Shown here: piece by piece, positions 50,653-63,094 of the stretch | How the letters are laid out: the number at the start of each line of letters is the position of its first letter | Numbering within the stretch: position 1 is the first letter of the stretch | NCBI GenBank assembly: GCA_963693365.1 | Contig: CAVNZM010000009.1 | Coordinates: 9,696,081-9,760,080, forward strand | DNA length: 64,000 nucleotides | Origin: Amoebidium appalachense | Taxonomy: Eukaryota > Protista > Ichthyosporea | Reading direction: 5' to 3' | The notes under the pieces: generated by a model | Seen by the model: the letters and a program-made list of their open reading frames with translations, nothing else | Database searches by the model: none | What the model was told of the DNA's origin: nothing | Translations under genes and position numbers: made by a program

Positions 50653-53630
50653 GTTCATCGATTTTTGTGTGGCATCTCGGCTGCAATCCTCCGCCGGGTC
50701 CTCCCTCCCGGCCTCCCCCCACACCGTGCAGCTTTTTTCTCGCCTGGTGTGCCCAACGAGGGGTACAGGCCTCTTCCTTGGCCGGCTACAATTCAGCCAT
50801 CACCAGACTCCACCTCGACATGGGCCTCCCTGCTCCCTACCCCCACGACAAGTCTCTGGCCTGGTTCTTCCGAGGGGTGGGCAGATGGCAGCTTTCTCAC
50901 AACATCCGACCCCGATCATCCACCAGGGAGCCCCTCCTGCCCTCCCACCTTAGCCTACTCCATGACCAGTGCCCCACCAAGGCCTCCTCGGCTAATCTAC
51001 GGCTATGGACGGCCCTCATCGTCGGTTTCTGTGGTCTCCTCCGTTCGGGGGAATTTACCTCCAAAACCCTGACTTCCTTTGACCCGTCCCGTCACGTTAA
51101 ACGGAAAGACGTGACCTTCACCTACACCCCCACCGGTACTTTGTCCCATGCCACCCTCCACCTGCCAACCTCTAAGACGGATGTACAGGCCCGAGGTGTC
51201 AACGTCACTCTAGCTGCCCTGCCCCTCACCCACTTCTCCCCAGCCCATCTCCTCCGGCAGTTCCTGGATACAACGTCCGGTCAACCCAACGACCCCCTCT
51301 TCAGTCTCGGTGGCATCCCCTACACCAAGAGTGCTTTCTCTGCCGACAAGCATACTGCTCTCGTGCCGTGGTTTACAACCATTGCAGGTTCACTTTCGTC
51401 CAAGGGGATGTCCCCCTAGAGGCAACACACGTCCCGGAGTAGTTTTCATAGAGGTTTTATTTGTGGAAATTATTGACATAAATATTTTTCTGGGTAAACA
51501 CGTAGGATGGGTGTCCGATATCAACAGGCTTCGTTTCATGTTTTAGCAGTTCGCGTTCGGCTGCCCGCATACGGGCACCTATTAGCCGATCAAAGCATCA
51601 GATTCCACAGATCACTAGACCGAGTTTGATTGGCTCAGGATAAGATTTCACATAACACTAGATCGGTTTTGATTGGCTCAGTTCGGCAGCCTTAGGTATA
51701 TAAGCACGACAGTTTTTAGCAGATCAGCAAGCAACAACACATCCTCTGTGTTTAGCACCTACAGCTTTACAGCTATATTTTCTTTTTCACCCACCCACCT
51801 ACACCCTACACTCAACCCCCATTGATCCCCACATACGTGCTGTTTTTTCACGGGGCGAAGACTTCCCCCGTTTTTTTTGGGCACAAGGACCTCACGGATC
51901 AATAAATTGATGACTGGGGGCTTGCCGTGGTTTACAACCATTGCAGGTTCACTTTCGTCCAAGGGGATGTCCCCCTAGAGGCAACACACGTCCCGGAGTA
52001 GTTTTCATAGATGCATACATACACAGCTGTTCCAGGTTGCACCGGTCAACTCCGCAGACCTTGCCGAGTTGGCCGAGCAGATCAAGTTTCGCCGCACGAC
52101 TTGGGAGGGCTACATGGCGGTGCACCAGACCAACGGCCTGCCCTGCGGCCGCAAGTACAGCGTGGACCCCGTAACCGGCAACCCGTGGGGCAACTCGTCG
52201 CTCTACCGCATCATGTGCCTGGCCCCCATCAACGGGTCATTGATCAAGGAGCGCCTCGGCAAGTTCAAGACCCTCAACGTGGGTCCCCCCCCCCCCCCCC
52301 CCCCCCCCCCTTGAGAAACTCATTCTCTTCGGAGGTGTAGGAGCACCCCTAGTGATGGGATCTGGCTAACTGTTCCTTGCTTTGCATATTCCTTGCCGAG
52401 AGATTTGTTTCTGTTTCTTTTTCCTTTTTTTTTCCCGTTAATTTTTTTTTTTTTTTCTTACCTTTTTTTTTTTTTGTGCAAGTGGGTCCCCCCCCCCCCC
52501 CCCCCCCCCCCCCTCCTCCCCCAAAGAATGTACGCATCAATATGCAGACATGATTTAGCCACACCCAAACCTGACCCTCTGAAGGTGGGCGGCCCAGCAA
52601 CTTCTTTACCACATATTGTTATACAGTGTACCTTCAACCTTATGTTGGTGTAAATTCTCATCAACCATCCCCCCTCCCCCCCCCCCCCCCCCTCCTCCTT
52701 TCTCAACGTCTCGCACACCTCCCCTATTACACACACACCACTCCCCATTCACACACGCACACACACACACACACACACATACACTTGCACACACACACTC
52801 ACACACAGAAATTCCAGAAGGAGTTGCCCGACTTGTTCAGCTTCATGCTGCACACGTTCGAGTGTGGGTTGCGTGACCCTGTCGCGCACAAGTCGGGCAC
52901 CCACATCAAGTGGTCCGCTGTGGTGTACCACGCCGACCAGCCAGACTACGAGGGCGGGGCCCACCCGGCAGAGATAGCAAGGGTAAGTTTTTTGTGCAAC
53001 TATCCGAACGTGTTCGGATGATCTGATCAGCACTATGATGTACTCGAGTGTGTGTTTTTGTGTTCATTAGATGCTAATAACATGTCTTCATGGGTCATTG
53101 TTTCTAAACGATGCTCTTCAGGTGGTCTACTAGATGTTCCCACATACTTGTAATATGGGATTTATATGGACATAAGGACAGTCTTGTGTATATCAGTCTT
53201 TGAGTTTCCGAGGTATGCGTGTTAGAGCTGTGACCTTGACTATGTCAAATACATATAATAATGTTCTCATAACTACACTTCATATTCCCCCACTAACCCC
53301 CCCCCCCCCCCCCCCTAGAACGTCAAAAACTGGGACAAGATCTCCAAGGCCCGTGCCGATGCGGTGAAAGATCTGGACCTGGCGGATGACTACAAGGCCA
53401 ACAAGAACGCCAAGCAGCAGGACGCTGCAAAGGAGAGGGGCCCCAAGTCTGTCAAGCGGACTAGGGAAGACGTCGACGACAGCAGCGAGGCCCAGGGCGG
53501 TGGCCTAAGCAAGAAGGGCAAGAGTACGGTTGGGTCGCCGGTAGCCCCGGCCCCGGCTCCCAACCAGCAAGGTGATGAAGAGGGTGGTGAGGAGGAAAAT
53601 GGGGGGGTTGAGGGAGGGGGGATGGCGTGA
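45356..53630 (+). CDS. 9-exon gene: basic N-terminus, KDM4-like JmjC domain, uncharacterised C-terminal region
   Basis: Phase-consistent exons 45356-45623, 45725(or 45704)-46186, 46540-46753, 47418-47635, 48030-48064, 48124-48453, 52027-52278, 52809-52982, 53319-53630. The exon 2 donor (GTGCAT) is weak. Confidence 0.7.
45725..46186 (+). CDS. KDM4/JMJD2-like JmjC catalytic core
   Basis: RFAGHVEDAGL...GYKVWFVHPP...CENPLQHK...VVQGPGDLIQTTPLALHYGFQCGPNVSFAVNTATKKW...CSC aligns by eye with KDM4 (FAWHTED, KSWY, CEAFLRHK, TQEAGEF, YHAGFNHGFN, NFATRRW, CSC). Confidence 0.88.
47731..47943. repeat. Two tandem copies of a ~110-bp unit in an intron
   Basis: gaatcctcgtaat...caatagatccttatatga...tctcgagtatttt.tgacattcca occurs twice. 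Confidence 0.8.
48841..52011 (+). mobile_element. Ngaro copy W, non-autonomous (three internal deletions), in intron 6 of the JmjC gene
   Basis: All four repeats A1/B1/A2/B2 are intact. Deletions near 49305 (gag), 50349 (nearly all RT/RH) and 51347 (YR C-terminus). Poly-A expansion at ~50615-50650. Confidence 0.93.
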
Positions 53631-53764
53631 AGGGCGATGAGAAGGTGGAGGAGGAATTGGATGAAGAAAATGGGGAAGGGGGGCAAACTTTGAAGCGTGA
53701 GAGATCTGAGAGTGAGGAGGAGAGCGAGGATGAGGAAGGAGGGACATCAGCAAACTTCCCGGCG

Positions 53765-54911
53765 GTATTGCCAATATTGTGAGGCTATTATCTATTGCCA
53801 ATATCGTAAAAATATCAGATTAATACTGAAGTAATATCAATTATCCATTGCCAATGTATTGCGAGTAGAGATTTTCTGTGGTAGAGACGCTATAGAAGTG
53901 TAATAGAACTGTAATATTGACGTAATATCGGCAACATATTTTGACATTATTGTCATACCATGCCGGGTCTACCACCAATAACTATATACCGTATGAGTAA
54001 TGTACTGGCAATATCTCAAAACGCGTGTAGGTGTGCCTATTAACAATACAAGTTCGATATTGTCAATGTATTTATTCGGTATTATACTATTGCTTGCGGA
54101 GTATTGTCAATAAGTTATGAATATATAAAATGTAGGATAATTTTGTGTCAAATTATGGTATTGTCCAACGTGGCAAGACTATTGCCACTATATTATGAAT
54201 GTATTATTCCTGACCATTTTGGGTTATTGGCAATATACCCAACACATATGTCCCATATGGCCGATACAAACATAACGTCGCTATTGGTTATAGGGTTGTG
54301 ATATGCTTATAATAGGGTCTCAATACGGTCCAAATGTATTGCCAATGTATCCGTCACAATATCAAGACTATTATGCACCTATTATCAATAGGTAAAAGCA
54401 ACCGAAAATATGGGGCGTGTATTTTATTGCCAATATATTGGTACAATATTGGGGATGAAAGAACAGGTCACTTTACCTATGTAGTTGCAATATTGTGAAT
54501 GACTTGCCAACACATGTTCAACAAACATGTTCGGAGTGTAGTCCTTGTATGCACAGTACATTGCTAATACCGTGGTATTAGGGTGGACATATACTGACAT
54601 TATGTAGATCATAACCTACCCATATCACATCCATATTAGTAGGACATAAACATGATATAGCAAGAAAACTTTTATCCTATTGCGAATATCTAAGGCACAA
54701 GTGGTATTGGCAATGTCACGAATACATCTATAATACTGTCACCAATACGGACACAGCTAAGGACACCATATATTGGTTATAGTCTCAGTATATACTGCCA
54801 GTATGTTCGAATGCGAACAAATCATTACGTAGGAGGTACTATCAATATACTACCAGTACCTGTACGATATACACACGTCATATACAATACATTTGCAGTA
54901 TAATATGGGTG
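53765..54911. repeat. AT-rich region with a dispersed TATTGCCAAT-like motif in both orientations (subterminal-repeat-like)
   Basis: gtattgccaat, ctattgccaat, cattgccaat, tattgtcaat, tattggcaat recur many times. Confidence 0.55.
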
Positions 54912-55152
54912 CATTTCCGTACCAAGATTGAGAAGGGCAACGGCCATAACAAGTGGTCCTCACGTTTTTAGCACCTCAAAATATAAAAGTTCTTTGTTTT
55001 GAATACTGTTCCTGGGGAGGATGTTCCCGTGGTCCGTGGTACAAACGTCACCGAACGTCCTACCATTAAACTTTTCACCAGCCTACATCCTGTGTAAGCG
55101 GTAGGGTATAAAACTTGAAGTAGCATAAAGGATAATACAGGAAAGTAATGAC

Positions 55153-55199
<47 letters not shown>

Positions 55200-55475
55200 C
55201 CCAACCCAACCCTAAAAAAAATATAAAAAAAACCTGGAGGAATAGAGTAAAAATTCTGAAATGCAAATCTAAGAGAACTCGCAGTCCCTACACACGTCCC
55301 CGAGACGCATCAAAGTTTACAGCATCCCCCCCCTCCTCCCCCTCCATTTTGTTTTAGTCCTATGTCTTTATGCCCCCTTGTTACTTGCAATACTTTTCTT
55401 TCTTCGAAACATCCCTCACTCCCCTCACCCCCTTCCCCCCCAAACCCATCACCACGGACGCTGCCAGTGTAACCA

Positions 55476-55588
<113 letters not shown>

Positions 55589-55809
55589 CCACCCACCCAT
55601 GCATACACGCACACACACAAACTTCCCCTTCTTCCTCTCAACTCTCTACCCTCTTTTACGTTTCACTGTGTGTTTCCTCTCTCGTTCTAGCACCAGTTTT
55701 GCTAACCGTTACAAACTTCACCTACTCTTGTTCAAGCCTCGACTGGTTGCTGAAATCACCTCCTTTCCTTGTCCTTTCATGACCCCCCCCCACCCCCTCC
55801 TCTCCCCCC

Positions 55810-55843
<34 letters not shown>

Positions 55844-56139
55844 CTTCCCGACTGAAGCCTTAGTCTGTACTGAATAATCTCTGTCTTGTGACCCACCCTC
55901 TCGTCCTTCACCCCCCTCCCCCCCCCCCCCCCCCCCCCCCCCCCCTTCTTCCTGCCCGGTTCCCCCCATACCTGTTCGCCTCGATTACTTGCAGTATTTC
56001 TTCTTATCCCTCCCCGATAACTATTAATTTTTTTTCCCTCTTCTCCCATTGATCCTGTTTTGGTCCTGTGTCCCTCTATTCCAATGTCCTTTGCGATGCT
56101 TTGCTTCTTTGGCTGCCACCCTCGAATGCACACATCATC

Positions 56140-56177
<38 letters not shown>

Positions 56178-56339
56178 TTCCCTCTCGTTCCAGCGCCGGT
56201 TTTACCCATTATGGACTTAACCTGCTTTTGCTCAAGCCTCCACATGTCTGAAATTCTACCCCTTTCTCTCGTACTCTTTACCACCCCCCCCCCCCCCCCC
56301 TCTTGTCCTCCTACTACCCCTCTCCCCCCAAAAAAACAC

Positions 56340-56351
56340 ACACGCACACAG

Positions 56352-56385
<34 letters not shown>

Positions 56386-56526
56386 AACACACACAGCATT
56401 CGACACCGTCCAATCTTGTTCTCACCAAGGCATCCACATGCTCGCACACAATGCAAAAACATACACTCCAAAAACATGCACTCACACACACGCACGCACA
56501 TGCACACCGGGACACACACACACACC

Positions 56527-56600
<74 letters not shown>

Positions 56601-56837
56601 ACACACACACGACGTACACAGACATGCTCACACACACAAACACACAACACACACACACACACATACAGAGAGACACACACACATATGCACACACACGGTG
56701 CATTTCCTCCCCTCCCCTTCCCTCTCCACAGAGCACACACACACACACACGTGCACACATGCACACACACGGTACATCCCCCCCCCCCCCCCCCCCCCCC
56801 TTCCCTCTCAACTAAGCACATACACACACACATACAT

Positions 56838-56888
<51 letters not shown>

Positions 56889-57032
56889 CACACATGCACA
56901 CATGCACGGACACGAATCCCCCCCCTTGCCCTTCCCTCTCCACCGAGCACATGCACACATGCACAGACATGCACATACACACACACACCACACACGACGC
57001 ACACAGACATGCACACACAGACAAACACACAA

Positions 57033-57094
<62 letters not shown>

Positions 57095-57558
57095 CACACG
57101 GTGCATTTCCCCCCTCCCCTTCCCTCTCCACAGAGCACACACACACACACGTGCACACATGCACACACACGGTGCATCCCCCCTCTCCCCCCCTTCCCTT
57201 TCAACTGAGCACATACACACACACAGACATACACACACACACAACATACACAGACATCCACACATCAGACACAGACACGCATACACACACACACACACAC
57301 ACATGCACATATGCACACACAGACACACACACATGCACATGTACACTCACACATGCACACACGCACACACGCAAACACGCACATACACACACACATACAG
57401 TTATGCACACACACACACAGTCTTCTCTCTCTCTTTCTCTCCCTCCCTCCCTCCCCTCCCTCCCCCCCCTCCCTCCCCCCATCCCTCCCCCTCCCTCCCT
57501 CCCTCCCTCCCTCCCTCCCTCCCTCCCTCCCTCCCTCCCTCCCTCCCTCCCTCCCTCC

Positions 57559-57603
<45 letters not shown>

Positions 57604-57860
57604 ACACACATGCACATGCACATGCACATGCACATGCACATGCACACTCACATATGCACTCACACACACACGCAAACACACACACACACACACACACACA
57701 TACAGACATGCACACTCTCTCTCTTTCTCTCTTTCTCTCCCTCCCTCCCCCTCCCTCCCTCCCCCCCCCTCCCTCCCTCCCTCCCTCCCAACCCTCCCTC
57801 CCTCCCTCCCTCACACATACACACATACACACACGTACACACGTACACACGTACACATAT
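56340..57860. repeat. Compound (CA)n/(CCCT)n microsatellite block with internal duplications
   Basis: Recurring cacacacggtgcat...cccttccctctccacagagcac units within (CA)n. Confidence 0.85.
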
Positions 57861-58209
57861 AACCCTCTCTTCTCTTATGTAGTATCGTAGGAACGCTGGA
57901 CAAAGGTACTACACGGGTGTTGGTTGGATGATGACAGTACATGTACCAGTGGGATAGATGCTGTTTACTCCAGGCAATGTACCAGTGTGTCGATTGATTT
58001 AGCTAATATTAGATCTATGTTTAGCTGTGTGTTGTTTTTTCTCCTTTTTGTATTTAAGGCCTGGCCGGCCTCATAAAATGCTATCTAATCTTACTCGAGA
58101 TCGAGCTTTTTTGGCCTTGAAGGCCGATCTTAATAAAGTACTGTGAATGTGTCCCCTGATGAGGGACTCTAGTCGATATATCTGCAAAACGACCCCCCCC
58201 CCCCCCCCT

Positions 58210-58252
<43 letters not shown>

Positions 58253-58479
58253 AAAACAAACAAAAAAGAAAGAAAAAAAGAGCGAGAGAATCCTTGTTTC
58301 TCGTATGTTACCAGCACGTAAGCAAGTATTTTATTCATTCACAATACATTGTTAGGTATGTGTAGTATATTATGGTGTTATTATTTTTTGGTTTACAATA
58401 TGGTGTCCACATTCCCAATATATCGTTATTGTCGACCAACTACTATGGTAGTGTAATGCTATGATGACAATTTGTGCAT

Positions 58480-59380
58480 GCGTTACTTATAAGCATCGGG
58501 TTTTTTCACTAACTACCCACAGAGTAGCTTCTAGCACGATAAATTCACCACAAATTATAAGGGGAGATGGTGAATGTGCCCTTGGAGTACGAGGGCCACA
58601 CGAAAAAAACACAACGTTGTAGCTCGAATAGAACCCCCCTTGTAGCATAGTATATGTACATGTGTTACTTACACATTATTGGTTTTTTCAATAACTACCC
58701 ACAGAACAGCTTCTAGCACGAGACATTTACCACACAGTTTATGGGGGGGATGGTGAATGTGCCCCTGGAGTACGAGGGTCACACGAAAAAAACACAACGT
58801 TGTAGCTCGAATAGAACCCCCCTTGTGGCATAATATATGTACATGTGTTACTTACACATTATTGGTTATTTCAATAACTACCCACAGAACAGCCTCTCGC
58901 ACGAGATATTTACCACAAAGTTTATGGGGGGGATAGTGAATGTGCCCCTGGAGTACGAGAGTCACACGAAAAAAACACAACGTTGTAGCTCGAATAGAAC
59001 CCCCCTTGTAGCATAATATATGTATATGTGTTACCTAGACATTATTGGTTTTTTCAATAACTACCCACAGAACAGCTTCTAGCACGAGACATTTACCACA
59101 CAGTTTATGGGGGGGATGTTGAATGTGCCCCTGGAGTACGAGGGTCACACAAAAAAAACACAACGTTGTAGCTCGAATAGAACCCCCCTTGTAGCTGATA
59201 ATATATGTACATGTGTTACTTACACATTATTGGTTTTTTCGATAACTACCCACAGAACAGCTTCTAGCACGAGACATTTACCACACAGTTTATGGGGGGG
59301 ATGGTGAATGTGCCCTTGGAGTACGAGGGTCACACGAAAAAAACACAACGTTGTAGCTCGTATAGAACCCCCCTTGTAGC
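58480..59380. repeat. Second array of the ~183-bp unit (~5 copies), truncated by Ngaro Z insertion
   Basis: Same unit and orientation as 42370-43375. Ends at ccccttgtagc|ggtttt. Confidence 0.95.
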
Positions 59381-59769
59381 GGTTTTATTTGTGGAAATTA
59401 TTGACATAAATATTTTTCTGGGTAAACACGTAGGATGGGTGTTCGATACCAACATAACCATGTAGGCTTCATTTCGTGTTTTAGCAGTTAGCGGTTGGCT
59501 GCCCGCACACGGGCACCTATTAGCCAGTCAAAACATCAGATACCACAGATCACTAGACCGAGTTATGATTGGCTCGGATCAGATTTCACATATCACTAGA
59601 TCGATTTTTGATTGGTTCAGATCGGTAGGCTTAGGTATATAAGCACGACAGTTTTTAGCAGATCAGCAAGCTACAAACACATCTTCTGTGTTTAGCATCC
59701 ACAGCCTTACAGCTATATATTCCTTTTCATTCCTTTTCATTCTCCCTATCTTTCCCTACGCCGGTCAGC

Positions 59770-60939
59770 ATGCCGCCGAAAAAGCGCCCGGCCTCAGCCG
59801 CCGCCCCTGCCGCGGCACCTAAGCGCCTGACCCGCAGCGACCTCCGCCACAGGCTGACCAACGCTCCCGCGGACACTGACGCGCCTCCAGCGGCCCATAC
59901 CACCACGGACCCGGACCCGCCGGCTACTCTCCCCTCCACCCCTGAAGTCCCCCCTCAGGCCCCGCCGTCCCCGCAGATGACTTCTCAAGACGCCGTCCTG
60001 GCCGCCCTCACCGCCATCAGCACCCAGATGGCTGGCGTCCTGGCTGCTCTCACCAACCGCGACCCTCCCGCGCCCCCCGCCGCGCCCTCCACACCCGGGG
60101 AGGTTTCCCCGGGGCTGCATCTCGGCCCTGACCTTGACCTGCCTGCCCTGCCCGCGCCCCCCATCACAGGTGAGAACACTGGCGACATTCAGCCGGGCAC
60201 ACTCCCGCTTCCCCCCGCGGATGTGCTGGCAGATTTGCGCGCCAATCGTTTCGTCGACCTGTATAAGTTCACCCCCGCCGCCCTCCTGGCCCCATCCAAG
60301 AAAGGTCAGCATCTGCGCATGGCCGACGACGGCAGCATCGAGACTTTTCGCCAAGACAAACCCGTTCCCCTGCGTTCACTCGTCATTTGGATCCAAGCTT
60401 GGACCCATTACATGGCCGCCAAGCGCCACCTCGGCCTTCCCACGGACAAAGACGTACTTTGGACTCAGCACATCACTCGCCTCAGCACCCGATACCCGTG
60501 GGCCCAGATCCACAACTATGACGTATACGCCCGCACCGTGGCCCACCAGCAGGGTCGGGCTCCGATCGAGTGCCCCAACCTGCTCGCCCAACTCCACCAG
60601 GATCTCCTCCTGCCACCCACCCTGCTCATCCAGGACGCATGTCAGCGCTGTGGCTTCCCCGACCACCCCAGCGCGGCCTGCCCCATGTACCCCAAGCCCG
60701 GCTGTGGTCTTGACGGCTTTAAGCCGCCCCACAAACCCGGCGGGGGTCACACCCCTAACCGCCCTGGCCCGCAACCCGGCCCGGCCAAACCGGCCCGACC
60801 CGTAGATCTACCCGCGACGCACTGCAGGAATTTCCACATTAACGGTCGGTCCTGCGCTAAGCAGCCCTGCCCCTTCTCCCACGTGTGCCCGCTCTGCTCT
60901 GGCACACACCCCCGCAAAGACTGCAAGCACAATGCCTAG
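59770..60939 (+). CDS. Intact Gag-like protein (Ngaro Z), 389 aa
   Basis: MPPKKR NLS-like start, C-terminal CCHC- and CCCH-like fingers. Confidence 0.9.
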   Translation: MPPKKRPASAAAPAAAPKRLTRSDLRHRLTNAPADTDAPPAAHTTTDPDPPATLPSTPEVPPQAPPSPQMTSQDAVLAALTAISTQMAGVLAALTNRDPPAPPAAPSTPGEVSPGLHLGPDLDLPALPAPPITGENTGDIQPGTLPLPPADVLADLRANRFVDLYKFTPAALLAPSKKGQHLRMADDGSIETFRQDKPVPLRSLVIWIQAWTHYMAAKRHLGLPTDKDVLWTQHITRLSTRYPWAQIHNYDVYARTVAHQQGRAPIECPNLLAQLHQDLLLPPTLLIQDACQRCGFPDHPSAACPMYPKPGCGLDGFKPPHKPGGGHTPNRPGPQPGPAKPARPVDLPATHCRNFHINGRSCAKQPCPFSHVCPLCSGTHPRKDCKHNA

Positions 60940-61334
60940 TCTACGCGCACACCCACACACACAGCTAGAACATAGGGGTTCGGAGCTAGGACACACGAGT
61001 ACAGGGAAACGGAGCTCGGGAGAACGGGCCAATAGGGCTGAGTACAAAATTTCGCAGGCCAACTACGGCGCCCGCGCGCGTCAAGAATAAATGTCCCTAT
61101 ACAAAGACGTTTATTCTGGCCACTGCACATAATTTTACTCCCCCCCCCCCCCCATCCCACGAGCCTCCCCCCCTTACACTCACCTAGCACTCCCTCCCCC
61201 CCCCCCTTCTTCTACCGCTGTGTCCGCCCACACCCCCGCGTGCTCGGGCACATTCCCCTGCACAGGGCCCCGCTGCCCTCCCTGCCAACCCTCACTTGGG
61301 CCAAGCTGCCCTACTCTAACCCCCCGGGGCCCTG

Positions 61335-61380
<46 letters not shown>

Positions 61381-61442
61381 CTGCCGGGATCTCCCCAAGG
61401 GTACACCACCCTTGCTAACCACCCCCTTCCCCCGAGGCTCAG

Positions 61443-63064
61443 ACCCGGAGGCCCGCCCGCTGCCCCAGCACCACATTGACACCTCCCGCCTCCGGGAACT
61501 GCTGGCCTCCTACCCGGACCAACCATTCGCCGCACAACTCCTCCACGATGTCGAATTCGGCGTCGACATCGGCTATCGCGGCCCCTCCACCTCTCGGGTG
61601 GGCCCCAACCTACCCACCACCCCGGAGGCAGCTGCCGCTATCACGGTGGATATTGCCAAAGAAGTCGCCCTCGGCCACCTGCGCGGCCCCCTCTCCCCGG
61701 CCCAATTCTTTGACGAATTTCCCGTCCACCGTTCCTCCCCCATCGGCGCCGTTACCAAGAAAGGGAACCCCCCCAGGTACCGTCGAATCCACCACCTCTC
61801 CTGGCCCCGGGGTAGCAGTGTCAATGACAGCATCACCTACCCCGACGAACTTCAGTACATTCGCGCCCGGGATGTCACCCAACTCATTCTCGACGCAGGC
61901 CCCGGCTGCTACATGGCCGTGGCAGATGTGCAGGCTGCCTTCCGGCACATGCCCATCCGACCGGAAGACCACCACTTAATGGCATTCAAATGGCAAGGGC
62001 ATTTTTACGTTGAAACCAGACTGCCCTTCGGCCTGAAATCTAGCCCAGCCATCTGGGAACGGATCGCGGCCACCCTACAGTGGCTGGCACACCAGCACGG
62101 TATTACCCTCATCCGCCACTACGTAGACGACTGGATTATAGTCGCCCCCACACAACAGCAGTGCCAACGTCACCTATCCACCTTTCTGCAACTCTGCCGA
62201 GAGCTGCACATTGCCATCTCCGAAGACAAGATGCAGGGCCCGGCTACCCGTGTCGTCTTCATCGGTATCGAATTCGACTCCATCGCCATGGAGGCACGAA
62301 TCCCGGCTTCCAAGCTCTCGGACCTACTCGACCTCACTTCCCACCCAAAGCCCACCATCACCATTCGGGACCTCCAGTCCCTCCTCGGCAAACTCACCTG
62401 GTGTGCCCAGCTGGTTCCCCCCGGGAGGGCCTTCTCCCAGCGCCTATGGGCCCTTCTCCGGACCCACCCACACCTTGCCGGCCACCACCACATACGACTG
62501 ACTGCTGCCGCCCGGGCCGACATAGCCGAATGGCACCAGTTCCTCACATCATGGAATGGGGTGCACCTCATCACACCCCCCACATACACCACCCTGGCCA
62601 CTGATGCTGCCGGATCGGTGGGTCTAGGTGGCCACTGGCTCGACCAATGGTTCTTCATGCCCTGGTCCCCCTCCACCCAAGCCCTCTATGCTCATGAGGG
62701 TAAACTCGGTTCTTCCGTCATCGAACTCCTGGCCATCGCAGCCGCCGTGGCCCTCTGGGCCCCCTCCTGGTCCACCCTCCATGTCCGTATTTTATGCGAC
62801 AACACGGGTGCTGTGTCTGACCTGCACTCCCGGTCTTCCCCCCACCCCGTGATGGCCAAACTTGTTCGGTTCATCACCCGCATGGAAATGCAATACCAAT
62901 TTACGTTACAGGCATCCTACCTACCAGGACCCCTCAACCATCTGGCCGATGCCATTTCTCGTAACCAACTTCCCCGGGCCCGACGACTCCGACCTTCCCT
63001 GCAACCGGAGCCCTGCCCCTTCCCCTCCTGGGTCCACGAGTTCCTATCCCTTCCCTTGGGCTAA
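61443..63064 (+). CDS. Reverse transcriptase-RNase H (Ngaro Z)
   Basis: YVDD and RNase H motifs. Start at the predicted acceptor. Confidence 0.93.
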
Positions 63065-63094
63065 CACCCCCCCCCCCCCCCCCCCCCCCCCCAG

